DNA of 59,392 nt from a virus. Under the pieces are notes generated by a model. The model did no database searches. It was not told where the DNA came from and saw only the letters and a program-made list of their open reading frames with translations. The position numbers were made by a program, and so were the translations under genes. This document shows positions 44,809 to 54,259 of the stretch, piece by piece. The DNA lies in the IMG/VR virus record IMGVR_UViG_3300045988_149079, positions 1 through 59,392 of that record. One strand, given 5' to 3'. Position 1 is the first letter of the stretch; each line of letters opens with the position of its first letter.

Positions 44809-45256
44809 TATCTTAATAGAAAATATAGTCTATGAGATTGTAACGGAATATACTAAAGAATTAGATAGTATAATGATAACTTGTAGATCCATATTTAATA
44901 GTAAGGATAAAGTTACTAATGAGGAATTAGAGGATCTGTTGACTCAATTACCTACAGCATTATATTTTGTTAATGAAGGTCAAGAATATGTCGGTTTAAG
45001 AGAAGATATATCTAAAATGACTAGAATGGAAAAATATAACGAAGCAAGAAAGAAAGCCACTGGAACAATAGCAGATAAAAATACAGCAGCTGAGCTAGAG
45101 GTAATGAATGAGGATCTTAATAGAATTATTTATCAGAGAGCCTATAAAATGATTAGAAGTAAAGTTGAAATGGGACAGGAAATGATAAATGGTTTGAAAA
45201 GGATCTTTGATGCAAGAATGAGCGATAGAGATTTATCGAAAGGAGTAAGAAGGTAA
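44756..45256 (+). CDS. Hypothetical protein
   Basis: Start ATG 44756 (SD 'aaggagaggg'). Lies upstream of the recombinase. Confidence 0.5.
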   Translation: MRELNRESILNKQIQENSILIENIVYEIVTEYTKELDSIMITCRSIFNSKDKVTNEELEDLLTQLPTALYFVNEGQEYVGLREDISKMTRMEKYNEARKKATGTIADKNTAAELEVMNEDLNRIIYQRAYKMIRSKVEMGQEMINGLKRIFDARMSDRDLSKGVRR

Positions 45257-45257
45257 T

Positions 45258-46331
45258 ATGAGTAAATTAGATGCCTTGATAAAAGAAATAAATAAATCAT
45301 ACAAAGAAGAAATAGCATTTAATGGTAATGAAGCTTCTTTAATCAAATATGAATTAGTTCCATTTAGTAGCCCTAGATTAAACTATATGTTATATGGTGG
45401 ATTACCTATGGGTAGAATGATTGAGTTTGCTGGAGCAGAGAAATCAGGTAAAACAACAACAGCATTAGATATGGTTAAGAATTGTCAAAAAAAGTTTGAA
45501 AAGGAATATGAAGAAGCCTGTAATAAGAAAACGCTTAAAGATTATGATCCAGTAATGAGAAGGGTATGTTTTGTAGACGCCGAAAACACATTCGATGTTG
45601 AATGGGCAGAAAAGCTAGGCGTAAATGTAGATGATCTAATTTTAATTAAACCACAAGAGCAATATGCAGAGCAAGTTTTTGATATTATGAAAGCAGTAAT
45701 AGAAACAGGAGAAGTTGGTTTAATAGTTTTAGATTCTGTAGCGCAACTAGTTAGTAAGCAAGCTTTTGAAGAAAGTATGGAAAAAAAGACTTATGGAGGT
45801 ATAGCATTAGCTTTAACAAAGTTTTGTAATATAGTTGTTCCTTTATTAGGGAAATATAATTGTATGGCTATAATGATAAACCAAGTAAGGGAAGATCTTA
45901 ATAATCCGTATAATGAATTCGTTACTCCAGGTGGAAGAGGTTTTAAGCATAACTGTTCAGTAAGGTTAATGTTTAAACAAGGATCATTTATTGATGCTAA
46001 TAATAGAGAACTAACAAGAAGCTGCGAAAATCCTTCTGGTAATTTGGTTAAGGTTCATATAGAAAAATCAAAAACATGTAGAAGTGATAGAAGAGTTGGT
46101 TATTATACATTGAATTATCTTAATGGTATAGACTATGTAAATGATACTATAGATGTTTTAATGCAAATGGGTTATATAAATCAAAGAGGAGCTTATTTCG
46201 ATATATTAGATGCGGAAACAGGAGAAGTTTTGTACGATGGTAAAATACAAGGAAGAGCATCTTTAGTTAATTTATTAAAAGAAAATGAGGAATTATATAA
46301 TCTTTTATTAAATAAAGTATCGTATAATTAA
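45258..46331 (+). CDS. RecA-family recombinase
   Basis: Walker A 'GAEKSGKTTTAL' and Walker B 'LIVLDSVAQL'. Confidence 0.75.
   Translation: MSKLDALIKEINKSYKEEIAFNGNEASLIKYELVPFSSPRLNYMLYGGLPMGRMIEFAGAEKSGKTTTALDMVKNCQKKFEKEYEEACNKKTLKDYDPVMRRVCFVDAENTFDVEWAEKLGVNVDDLILIKPQEQYAEQVFDIMKAVIETGEVGLIVLDSVAQLVSKQAFEESMEKKTYGGIALALTKFCNIVVPLLGKYNCMAIMINQVREDLNNPYNEFVTPGGRGFKHNCSVRLMFKQGSFIDANNRELTRSCENPSGNLVKVHIEKSKTCRSDRRVGYYTLNYLNGIDYVNDTIDVLMQMGYINQRGAYFDILDAETGEVLYDGKIQGRASLVNLLKENEELYNLLLNKVSYN
46320..46328 (+). promoter_or_regulatory. Conserved TCGTATAAT promoter-like element (in the last codons of the recombinase gene)
   Basis: Exact 9-mer, 19 nt upstream of ATG 46348. Confidence 0.45.
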
Positions 46332-46347
46332 GGTAAGGAGGTATAAT

Positions 46348-46503
46348 ATGAGTTTACAAGAAATAATTAAAACAAAGATTGAATTATTAAACATAAGACT
46401 TTTACTTGGAATCTTATCTGATAATTATTTAGATCCTACTACAAAATATGAAATTACAAAACTATATTTCGAAAAGGAAGCACAATTAGTTAAGAAAAGA
46501 TAA
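46348..46503 (+). CDS. Hypothetical protein (51 aa)
   Basis: Not in the track. SD 'aaggagg', peptide MSLQEIIKTKIELLNIRLLLG.... Confidence 0.45.
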   Translation: MSLQEIIKTKIELLNIRLLLGILSDNYLDPTTKYEITKLYFEKEAQLVKKR

Positions 46504-46504
46504 T

Positions 46505-46837
46505 ATGAATACCAGAAAATATAGTAAAAAGCAAGAAGATAGGGTAGCAAAAGTCGTAGGTGGAAAAGTAAATGCTAACTCAGGGGCAACATCATTCTTT
46601 AAAGGAGATGTTAGAACAGATCATTTATTAGTGGAATGTAAAACATCAACCAAAGAAGTAAAATCAGTTTCGATAAAGAAGGAATGGTTAGAAAAGTTGA
46701 ATGAAGAAAGATTTGCTATGGGTAAGCAACATTCAGTTCTAGCCTTTGATTTTGGAGATGGAAAAGATTACTTCATAATAGATAAAAGGTTAATGAGTAT
46801 GCTATTAGATACGTTGGAGAAATATTATGGCGAGTAA
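46505..46837 (+). CDS. Second resolvase-like PD-(D/E)XK nuclease
   Basis: 'KKQEDRVAKVVGG...GDVRTDHLLVECKTS' pattern. Confidence 0.5.
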   Translation: MNTRKYSKKQEDRVAKVVGGKVNANSGATSFFKGDVRTDHLLVECKTSTKEVKSVSIKKEWLEKLNEERFAMGKQHSVLAFDFGDGKDYFIIDKRLMSMLLDTLEKYYGE

Positions 46838-47153
46838 TTCAGATGGATTATGGTTAGAAGATCTTTTATCGGAAAGAATGAGCGGAGTAGAAAAGAAACT
46901 AAGATTTGTTAATAGTTTAGTAGATGAACTTTTCTTACTATTAAGAATAAATAAATATCCTATCATATTAGATAAGCCGCAGTATAAAGTTACAGTAGGA
47001 AAATTAAAGGATAAGAAGTGGGTAAAGATTTATGAGGAAGAAGATATGGAATTATTACCATTATTAACAAGATGTGAAAAATTCCTAAAGAAATATCGAG
47101 ACGATCATAAAGATTATATATTAACAAAACCGGGAGGAGGAGATATTATATGA
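46827..47153 (+). CDS. Hypothetical protein
   Basis: 108-aa ORF with SD 'ggaga'. Confidence 0.5.
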   Translation: MASNSDGLWLEDLLSERMSGVEKKLRFVNSLVDELFLLLRINKYPIILDKPQYKVTVGKLKDKKWVKIYEEEDMELLPLLTRCEKFLKKYRDDHKDYILTKPGGGDII

Positions 47154-47542
47154 AGGTTCAAATAAAAATTGATAGTAGAAATACCGTAGCAAAGAAATCA
47201 GACAACTATCATATGACTCCTTTATTAGAGAAATATATTTCTAGATCCAATTTCTATACTTATGAAGAAGCTTTTGATTTAGTATTTTCAAGAAATAAAG
47301 CACTTAAGAAAATAGCTGCAAATATAAAAGATAAAGACGAATTCAAAAGTAGACTTAATAAATATAAGAATGGAAAATTAGGTCCTTCAGAAATGATAGA
47401 ACTATACAACATATGTGGTAGATCCTATTTTACTAGAAATATTATTTGGGGATTTTGGTTTTATGGTTTTGATTTTAGATCAGATCATATGAAGAAATAC
47501 GGCAAGATACCAAACTGGATAATAAAGAAATCAAATAGTTAG
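47150..47542 (+). CDS. Hypothetical protein
   Basis: 130-aa ORF with SD 'gggaggagg'. Confidence 0.5.
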   Translation: MKVQIKIDSRNTVAKKSDNYHMTPLLEKYISRSNFYTYEEAFDLVFSRNKALKKIAANIKDKDEFKSRLNKYKNGKLGPSEMIELYNICGRSYFTRNIIWGFWFYGFDFRSDHMKKYGKIPNWIIKKSNS

Positions 47543-47552
47543 GAGGTATATA

Positions 47553-48626
47553 ATGGCACAACCATTGGCTAATAAATATAGACCAAAAACTTTCGAGGAT
47601 GTTAGTGAACAAGGAGCTATAAAAACAATAATAGAACATCAAATAGAAAACAATGATGTTAGAAACGCTTATTTGTTTTGTGGTGGAGCTGGTACAGGTA
47701 AAACAACATGTGCTAGAATAGTTGCTAACATGATGAATGGGGGAGAAGGAAATCCAATAGAATTAGATGCTGCTAGTAATAACAGTGTAGAGGATGTAAG
47801 AAGAATAATTGCCGATAGCAAGTTTAAATCTTTAAGTAGTAAGTATAAAATATATATAATTGATGAATGCCACAGTTTATCAAATGCTGCTTGGCAAGCC
47901 ATGTTAAAATTATTAGAAGAACCACCAAAGAGCACAGTATTTATATTTTGTACAACAGATCCTCAAAAAATACCTGGAACAATATTAAGTAGGGTTCAAA
48001 GATATAATTTTCAAAGAATAAGTAAAGAAGGAATTATAAATAGATTAAAATATATAATCAAAGAAGAAAACTTAGAAGTTCATACAACAATGGGAGATTT
48101 GGATACATTATCAGATCCTATATGGGCAGAAAAAGCTGGGTTACCACTAATAGAATATGAAGAAGAAGCTTTAGATTATATAGCAAAGCAAGCAAGAGGT
48201 GGTATGAGGGATGCTATAACAACATTAGATAAGTGCTTGGCTTATAGCAAAAAACTAACATTGAATAATGTAGTTAAAGTATTATCAGCTGGCGTAACGC
48301 CTTATGATTTAAGTGATTTTACTCAAGCATTACTAATAAGAGATGTAAAATCAGCACTAAAGAAATTGGATGATTTCTTTATGAGCGGTATAGATATGAG
48401 TCTATTAGTAAATAGTTATTTCGAATTCTTGCTTAATCTACAGAAATATTTAGTTTTAGGAAATCAAGATATATCTAATTTACCTAACGATATATTAAGT
48501 AGATATAATGCAAGTCAGGCAACAAGTGTTAGAAATTATATTCAAAAACTATATTCTGTTATAAATGCTCCTAAAATGGATGTTAAATCTCTATTAGAAG
48601 CTTGGGTGATAGAAAGATGTTTATAG
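47553..48626 (+). CDS. Clamp-loader ATPase (DnaX gamma/tau-like)
   Basis: 'YRPKTFEDV', Walker A 'GGAGTGKTT', Walker B 'IIDECH', sensor 'LSRVQRYNF'. Confidence 0.85.
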   Translation: MAQPLANKYRPKTFEDVSEQGAIKTIIEHQIENNDVRNAYLFCGGAGTGKTTCARIVANMMNGGEGNPIELDAASNNSVEDVRRIIADSKFKSLSSKYKIYIIDECHSLSNAAWQAMLKLLEEPPKSTVFIFCTTDPQKIPGTILSRVQRYNFQRISKEGIINRLKYIIKEENLEVHTTMGDLDTLSDPIWAEKAGLPLIEYEEEALDYIAKQARGGMRDAITTLDKCLAYSKKLTLNNVVKVLSAGVTPYDLSDFTQALLIRDVKSALKKLDDFFMSGIDMSLLVNSYFEFLLNLQKYLVLGNQDISNLPNDILSRYNASQATSVRNYIQKLYSVINAPKMDVKSLLEAWVIERCL

Positions 48627-49405
48627 TAGGTCAAAAGGAAAATGTTGGTTTAATAGATGATGGTAAGTTAGACAATGCTAATTTCATCATAATAAAAGGA
48701 CCAAGAAACTATGGTAAAACATATCTTACTAAATACATAGCTAATCATTATAATATGAATTATGTCCTATTAGATAATAAAGTAGATACAATAAGAAATC
48801 TTGTACAATATAGCGATAAAAATAATAATTGTTGTTATCATTTTAAAGATTTTGAAAAATCGAGCCCAGCTGCTAAAGCTGCTCTATTAAAAATAGCGGA
48901 AGAAACTCCAAAGGGTATAAAGATAGTAGTTACTACTTCTTCTTATAATATATTACAAACCTTAATTAGTAGAGCTTATGTGCTTAATATTGAACCTTAT
49001 AGCAATGAGGATATAGAAGAATATAACAATAAATTAGATTTAGATAATAATTTATTTGATATAATAAATAATCAATTAAAAATAAATATTACGCCTTCTA
49101 AATTATTCAAATATAAAAATACAGAAGAAATAGAAAAAATTGTAGAAGTAGCTAAAACTTGTTCAATGTCTATAAATAATGGATTAAAGCTAGAAGATAT
49201 AAGTGTTATTAGTAATAATTTCTGGAAACAGGATCCAGAAAATATGAGCGCCTTCTTAGAGCTAATTAAAGGAGGCATAGACAAGAATTTAAGAGGTTAT
49301 TATAAAATTATTAGTTCTATAGAAAAAACTAATTACCTGCTAAGAAATGTATCAATTAGTAACTATAAACAGCTAATACACAATATGCTTATGGAGATGG
49401 TATAA
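48617..49405 (+). CDS. Clamp-loader subunit (delta-prime-like)
   Basis: 'KGPRNYGKTYL' and 'LISRAYVLNIEP' (SRC-like). Confidence 0.55.
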   Translation: MFIVGQKENVGLIDDGKLDNANFIIIKGPRNYGKTYLTKYIANHYNMNYVLLDNKVDTIRNLVQYSDKNNNCCYHFKDFEKSSPAAKAALLKIAEETPKGIKIVVTTSSYNILQTLISRAYVLNIEPYSNEDIEEYNNKLDLDNNLFDIINNQLKINITPSKLFKYKNTEEIEKIVEVAKTCSMSINNGLKLEDISVISNNFWKQDPENMSAFLELIKGGIDKNLRGYYKIISSIEKTNYLLRNVSISNYKQLIHNMLMEMV

Positions 49406-50361
49406 TGAGATCGTTATTAGATTTAAAACAAAAATTATTAAAGAATGAACTTGAAGAATTATATGTATTCACTGGAGAGGAAACTGAAATAAGAAGAATA
49501 TACTATAAAAAAATAGGCGAAATATATGGTAATTTAAAGGTTTTAGAATCAGTAAGTAATTTATATGGGGAATTGGAAAAACGTTCGTTATTTAAGCTGA
49601 AAACAGCCTATGTAGTATATAATGATATGGAATTCTTAAAGCAGAAAGAAAAAGTTTATGATAGATTATTAAAATTATGTAGTAAACATGTAGTTATATT
49701 AGTTTATGACGAGATTCCAGAAAATAGTTCTTTCTTTAAGTATTTTGAAGAATATATAACAGTATTTAATAAAGTAACGGACGACGTAGCTATTAAATAT
49801 GTTCATAAAGAATGTAGTAAAATACTTAGTAAGTCATTAGCTGAAAGAATAGCTTTTAATTGTAATAACCTATATGGAGGAATAAAAGAAGAATGTAATA
49901 AATTGGATTATTTTATAAATTATGAAACTAAATCTGATAATAAAGATGATATAATAGATGCTATTAGATATTATTATAATTCATTATTTGAGGATAGAGT
50001 TATCGTACCTACTCCAAAAGAATTTGCTAATGCTTTTATAACAAAGAATATAAATGAATTAGTTAGACAATTAAAAATATTAAAAAATGAAAATATATTA
50101 GCCTACTTACCTGAACTATATAATACCACTTGCTTATGCCTTTACTTTAAGTTATATGGTAAATGGGATGGCAGTTCTATAGCTTATAATGCTGGAGAAT
50201 ATTGGGGAAGAGTAAAAGAATTAAGGGAAATGAATGTAATATATGATAAAAATGATTTATTAGATATTAGATATTTAGTAAATAAATTAGATATAGATCT
50301 AAGAAGAGGAACAATGAAAGCAGAATATGCTTGGGATTATTTAATAGGAGTGATATTATGA
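49405..50361 (+). CDS. Clamp-loader subunit (delta/HolA-like, putative)
   Basis: 318 aa in the third position of the clamp-loader operon. ATG overlaps the upstream stop. Confidence 0.45.
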   Translation: MRSLLDLKQKLLKNELEELYVFTGEETEIRRIYYKKIGEIYGNLKVLESVSNLYGELEKRSLFKLKTAYVVYNDMEFLKQKEKVYDRLLKLCSKHVVILVYDEIPENSSFFKYFEEYITVFNKVTDDVAIKYVHKECSKILSKSLAERIAFNCNNLYGGIKEECNKLDYFINYETKSDNKDDIIDAIRYYYNSLFEDRVIVPTPKEFANAFITKNINELVRQLKILKNENILAYLPELYNTTCLCLYFKLYGKWDGSSIAYNAGEYWGRVKELREMNVIYDKNDLLDIRYLVNKLDIDLRRGTMKAEYAWDYLIGVIL

Positions 50362-50537
50362 TAAAACAGAAAATGGCTCCACTAGTAACTAATTATTCTT
50401 ATATGCTAAAGGATAGATGTCTTAGATGTGGAAGAAAATTAAAAAGTAAAGAATCTATGTTAATAGGATATGGTCCTAGTTGTTATAAGAAACATATTAA
50501 GGAAGAAAAAGGAGCTAAATTAAGGAGGTTATTCTAA
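50358..50537 (+). CDS. Small Cys-containing protein
   Basis: Start ATG 50358 (SD 'taggag'). 'CLRCGRKLKSKESMLIGYGPSC'. Confidence 0.5.
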   Translation: MIKQKMAPLVTNYSYMLKDRCLRCGRKLKSKESMLIGYGPSCYKKHIKEEKGAKLRRLF

Positions 50538-51022
50538 TGGAAGAAGAGAAGAAGGTTAAGAGTGGAAGAAAAACTTTAACGGAAAATCAAGAGGAATTCT
50601 GTAAACTTATTGTATCTCAAGGTATGCAACCTTTAGAGGCTATGCTTAAAGTATTTCCAAACAGAAAGACTTATTCAAAAGGTAACCAAACTAGATTAGC
50701 CAATGAAATGATTAAAAATGAAAGAATAAATGCTAGGTTGACTGAATTATATGAGGAGTTAAGAAGTAATTCTATCTTAGGAGATCTTTATGATTTTGAT
50801 AAAGGTGTTAAGATATTATTAGAAGAAATAGATAGAGCTCAGAAAAAGATAGAAGAAGGATTCTTTTCAGAATCAGTACATCGTATAATATTAACATCGA
50901 TACAGGAATTGAATAGAATGTATGGATTCAACATAACCGATAAAAAAGGTGGTTCTGGAGGATCAATGAGTATTACATTCGTCAAAGTCGATAAAACAGA
51001 AGGAGATGTTAAAATTGGTTAA
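50537..51022 (+). CDS. terS: Terminase small subunit-like protein (Terminase_2-type HTH)
   Basis: 'LTENQEEFCKLIVSQGMQPLEAMLKVFPNRK...LANEMIKNERINARL' matches the TerS N-terminal HTH pattern. It lies 6.5 kb upstream of TerL. Confidence 0.55.
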   Translation: MEEEKKVKSGRKTLTENQEEFCKLIVSQGMQPLEAMLKVFPNRKTYSKGNQTRLANEMIKNERINARLTELYEELRSNSILGDLYDFDKGVKILLEEIDRAQKKIEEGFFSESVHRIILTSIQELNRMYGFNITDKKGGSGGSMSITFVKVDKTEGDVKIG

Positions 51023-51347
51023 AAGCGATATAGGAAGATATGAAGATTTGGTATACGAATTATTAAAGAAATATCCTTTCTTAAGAGATAATGTAGGGCA
51101 ATTATATCTTTCTTGCATATCTATTAGAAGAGGAAAAGAATATGTAAGAGGAACCACTTTATATGATTTCTTTGTAACTGATTGTAATAATGAATCATTA
51201 CCTAAGGTTCCAACAATGGCATCAGTAATTAGATTAAATACCAGATTACAGAAAGAAAATCCAGAGTTAAGAGGTAAGGATTGGGAAGCAAAACAAAAGC
51301 ATTCAAAAGATTACAAGGAGGATCTAGGATATGGAAAAGGAAAATAA
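51006..51347 (+). CDS. Hypothetical protein
   Basis: 113-aa ORF. The SD 'aaggag' abuts ATG 51006, so TTG 15 may be the true start. Confidence 0.45.
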   Translation: MLKLVKSDIGRYEDLVYELLKKYPFLRDNVGQLYLSCISIRRGKEYVRGTTLYDFFVTDCNNESLPKVPTMASVIRLNTRLQKENPELRGKDWEAKQKHSKDYKEDLGYGKGK

Positions 51348-51579
51348 TTCAGAAATAGTTATTTTATATGTTAATAGAAATGATAATTGCTTTAATCAAA
51401 TATTACTTAATGAATTTGAGTTAGATCAAATAGCAGCTATGATTTCTAACATATTTAGTAGAAAGGCTAATGGTAATAATCCAAATGGAGATGTTATGGT
51501 TAGCGATAAAAAATTACATCTTTGCGAGGAGGTAGATGACAATGTCCAAACTAATAATAGGGAGATTCAACGAGGATAA
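51331..51579 (+). CDS. Hypothetical protein
   Basis: 82-aa ORF with SD 'aaggagg'. Confidence 0.5.
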   Translation: MEKENNSEIVILYVNRNDNCFNQILLNEFELDQIAAMISNIFSRKANGNNPNGDVMVSDKKLHLCEEVDDNVQTNNREIQRG

Positions 51580-52030
51580 TAAGATATTATTCTATTCCGT
51601 AGAAGATAGTTGGAAACATTATTTAATAATAAAATCACAGCCTTTTGGGGATTATTATTTATATAATAGGGCAAACAAATCATTAACAAAACAAAGTTTT
51701 AGAATATTAGATATACCAGATGATAAAAATATATACAGTAGTTTAATACATGATGATCATTACACATGGGAATATAATAAAGTATTTTTTGAAGCTAATA
51801 GTCCTTTTGTAGATAAATGTGGTTTACCAGAACATAAAGTTTTATTAAAGATGTACAGATCTTTAGAACATTTAATAGCAACTGATAACCAAATGAGAAA
51901 AGATTTGGAAGATGTTTATTATAGTCATAGAATATACTATTTTATTTTAAGATTAAAAATGAGATATAATATGTTTAAACAAAATAGAGTTTTAAGAAAA
52001 GTAATAAAGGAGTATAAAATAATATGGTAA
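51542..52030 (+). CDS. Hypothetical protein
   Basis: Start ATG 51542, 9 nt after SD 'gaggagg'. Confidence 0.5.
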   Translation: MSKLIIGRFNEDNKILFYSVEDSWKHYLIIKSQPFGDYYLYNRANKSLTKQSFRILDIPDDKNIYSSLIHDDHYTWEYNKVFFEANSPFVDKCGLPEHKVLLKMYRSLEHLIATDNQMRKDLEDVYYSHRIYYFILRLKMRYNMFKQNRVLRKVIKEYKIIW

Positions 52031-52383
52031 AGTTAAAACAATTTAAGTTGGGGGATGAAATAAGAACTATAGAAGGGAGCAGATGGAAAACTCCATTTAT
52101 AGTTGAAGTTATTTATAGAGGATACATAGTAGCAGTTAATAGAAGGTCTAAAATGAATCCTCAATTCATGTTTATAAAAACATATACAAATGAAGTATAT
52201 ACAGGATCAAGTAAGTATATGAAGTATGGTGTTTTTGGTAAAGAAAGTATTAGAGAATTCATAGATGGTGTAATAAAAGGAGAATATAAGTTAGATAAAG
52301 CAACTTGTGTTCCAACTAATTTAATATTATCAGAGGAGGCGTTCGATATAAATGAAACAAGAGAACAAGTTAGATATCAATAA
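52024..52383 (+). CDS. Hypothetical protein
   Basis: 119-aa ORF with SD 'aaaggag'. Confidence 0.5.
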   Translation: MVKLKQFKLGDEIRTIEGSRWKTPFIVEVIYRGYIVAVNRRSKMNPQFMFIKTYTNEVYTGSSKYMKYGVFGKESIREFIDGVIKGEYKLDKATCVPTNLILSEEAFDINETREQVRYQ

Positions 52384-52981
52384 TATGTGGGAAATATATA
52401 AAACATTATTAGAAAGTACAAAAAGAAAAGGGATAAATAATCTTATTAAATGGTTAGATAATAGTGATTTCAAAGTAGCTCCAGCTAGCACAAGATATCA
52501 TAATTGCTTCGAAGGAGGATTATTAGCACATAGTCTTAATGTATATAACGAAGCTATTAGACAAAAAGATTTAATAAAATTATTTAATATTCCTATGGAA
52601 AGTATCATAATTGCATCGTTATTACATGATATATGTAAAGTTAATTATTACTGCCAAGAATTAAGAAATGTAAAAGTAAATGGTCAATGGGTTCAAGAAC
52701 CTTTCTATAAAGTAGAAGATCTATTTCCAGTAGGTCATGCAGAAAAAAGTATTATTATAGCAATGAATTATATTGAATTAACTGACGTGGAAGTTGCTAT
52801 GATTAGAAATCATATGGGATTCAGTAAAGACGAACCTAATCAAGTAAGTGCTCTATTTAATAAATATCCAGAAGCATTGATATTACATAATGCGGATATG
52901 ATTGCTACTTATGTATTAGAATCTGAAGGTATGTTAGAGAATTTTAGAGAAGGTTTAGATCAATACGTTAATCATAATTAA
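52352..52981 (+). CDS. HD-domain phosphohydrolase
   Basis: 'HNCFEGGLLAHSLNV' and 'ASLLHDICK' form an H...HD motif. Confidence 0.65.
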   Translation: MKQENKLDINNMWEIYKTLLESTKRKGINNLIKWLDNSDFKVAPASTRYHNCFEGGLLAHSLNVYNEAIRQKDLIKLFNIPMESIIIASLLHDICKVNYYCQELRNVKVNGQWVQEPFYKVEDLFPVGHAEKSIIIAMNYIELTDVEVAMIRNHMGFSKDEPNQVSALFNKYPEALILHNADMIATYVLESEGMLENFREGLDQYVNHN

Positions 52982-53039
52982 AACTTTTTTAAGAAATTTT
53001 AATTTTATGGTTGATTTTTTCCATAAAATATTATATAAT
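52980..53039 (+). promoter_or_regulatory. Early promoter-operator module, copy 2
   Basis: TTGATT (53011-16), N17, TATAAT (53034-39). Inverted repeat 'tttatgg' (53004-10) and 'ccataaa' (53021-27). Confidence 0.7.
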
Positions 53040-53072
53040 TAAAATGTAATTAAAAGAAAGAAGGTTTTACAC

Positions 53073-53282
53073 ATGAAAAAAACAGTTAAAAGAAGAAGAT
53101 TAAAAAGATGGGTTAGAGTTACATTAAAGGTTATTGTATTCCTAGTTGCAGCTCTATTATTAGCATTATTATTTATGAAAGCAAATAACGATCTAAATGA
53201 TATGTATGAAGCTTGCGATAATGCTAAAGGTTATACTTGTAGTTATTATGAAGCTAGATTATATTCAATAAGAGGTGAATAA
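53073..53282 (+). CDS. Small membrane protein
   Basis: Basic N-terminus, then TM 'VTLKVIVFLVAALLLALLFM'. Confidence 0.55.
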   Translation: MKKTVKRRRLKRWVRVTLKVIVFLVAALLLALLFMKANNDLNDMYEACDNAKGYTCSYYEARLYSIRGE

Positions 53283-53581
53283 TGGGAATTATAAAAGATC
53301 TAATAAAGCAGCATGTAGAGAAGAAAGATGATTTCATATCCGAATGGTATTGGAGAAGAAAATATAATTCTCTAGCATCTGAATTAGAAGTCTTAAAAGA
53401 TGTTATGGCCAGCGATATATATAAAAAAGTAATAAAGCAAATGGTTGAGCCTATGGAAATAAAAAGATATAAAAGAACTATAGAGAGACTAAATAATAAA
53501 TGTAGTTTCTTATTAGAGGAAAGAAATAGATATTATGATGAGCTTAATAAAATCAATAAGAAGAAAGGTGGGGAAAATTAG
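53282..53581 (+). CDS. Hypothetical protein
   Basis: 99-aa ORF with SD 'gaggtga'. Confidence 0.5.
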   Translation: MGIIKDLIKQHVEKKDDFISEWYWRRKYNSLASELEVLKDVMASDIYKKVIKQMVEPMEIKRYKRTIERLNNKCSFLLEERNRYYDELNKINKKKGGEN

Positions 53582-53582
53582 A

Positions 53583-54056
53583 ATGGCAATTTTGAAAGAT
53601 AAGCTATTAGATGAACTAGTTGCCAGCATATCTAATATAACCGAAGCCGAATCAAATATATATGATTGTTGTCAAAAATTAGAAGAGACACAAAATAAAA
53701 TTGGTGATATTGAGCACTATTTAGAGGATCATGAAATCACTAGAAATGGTGCTATTAACTTAATTTCATTACTACAGAAATTAAGAATAGAAAGAAGACA
53801 AATAAAACAAATGTGGGAGATTTGGAACGTATATGGTCTTAATAGAGAAAAATTAAAACAAAAAGATCATAGGGAATTTCTTATCCACGATCTTAGAAAA
53901 AAAGATAAAGAATTGCAAACTAAGTATAATTATAGAGTCTTCGATGAGCAATATTTAGATTCTCTAAATGAGGATAAACCTTTACCAAGAGGTAGAAAGA
54001 GTAAATCAATATCGTATAATAATATTGAGGAGGAGGAAAAGGAAAGTGAAGAATGA
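53583..54056 (+). CDS. Hypothetical protein
   Basis: Start ATG 53583 (SD 'ggtgggg'). Coiled-coil-like. Confidence 0.5.
   Translation: MAILKDKLLDELVASISNITEAESNIYDCCQKLEETQNKIGDIEHYLEDHEITRNGAINLISLLQKLRIERRQIKQMWEIWNVYGLNREKLKQKDHREFLIHDLRKKDKELQTKYNYRVFDEQYLDSLNEDKPLPRGRKSKSISYNNIEEEEKESEE
54012..54020 (+). promoter_or_regulatory. Conserved TCGTATAAT promoter-like element (intragenic, before 54046)
   Basis: Exact 9-mer, 25 nt upstream of GTG 54046, with 'gaggaggagg' in between. Confidence 0.4.
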
Positions 54057-54258
54057 CCAAAATGAATCATCTAAGAAATACATTAGATTGCAAGGTGCTG
54101 ATTGGGATGCTGTAAAAGATAATATGAAATTATTATATACCTATAAAAGTGATAAAGGTAATATTAAAGGCATCTATACAGATGGAAAAAAGAAATATTC
54201 TCATTGGATGAATGATTATGAGAAACAAGAATATTTAAGTAATAGGGAGGAAAAGTAA
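54046..54258 (+). CDS. Hypothetical protein
   Basis: GTG 54046 chosen because of the upstream SD. The track ORF starts at 53968. Confidence 0.4.
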   Translation: MKNDQNESSKKYIRLQGADWDAVKDNMKLLYTYKSDKGNIKGIYTDGKKKYSHWMNDYEKQEYLSNREEK

Positions 54259-54259
54259 A

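Noticed and set aside
50881-50889. Ninth TCGTATAAT copy inside the TerS-like gene
   Set aside because: It is 116 nt from the next start codon and not followed by an SD, unlike the other eight copies. It may be chance or an internal promoter, so I did not list it as a feature.
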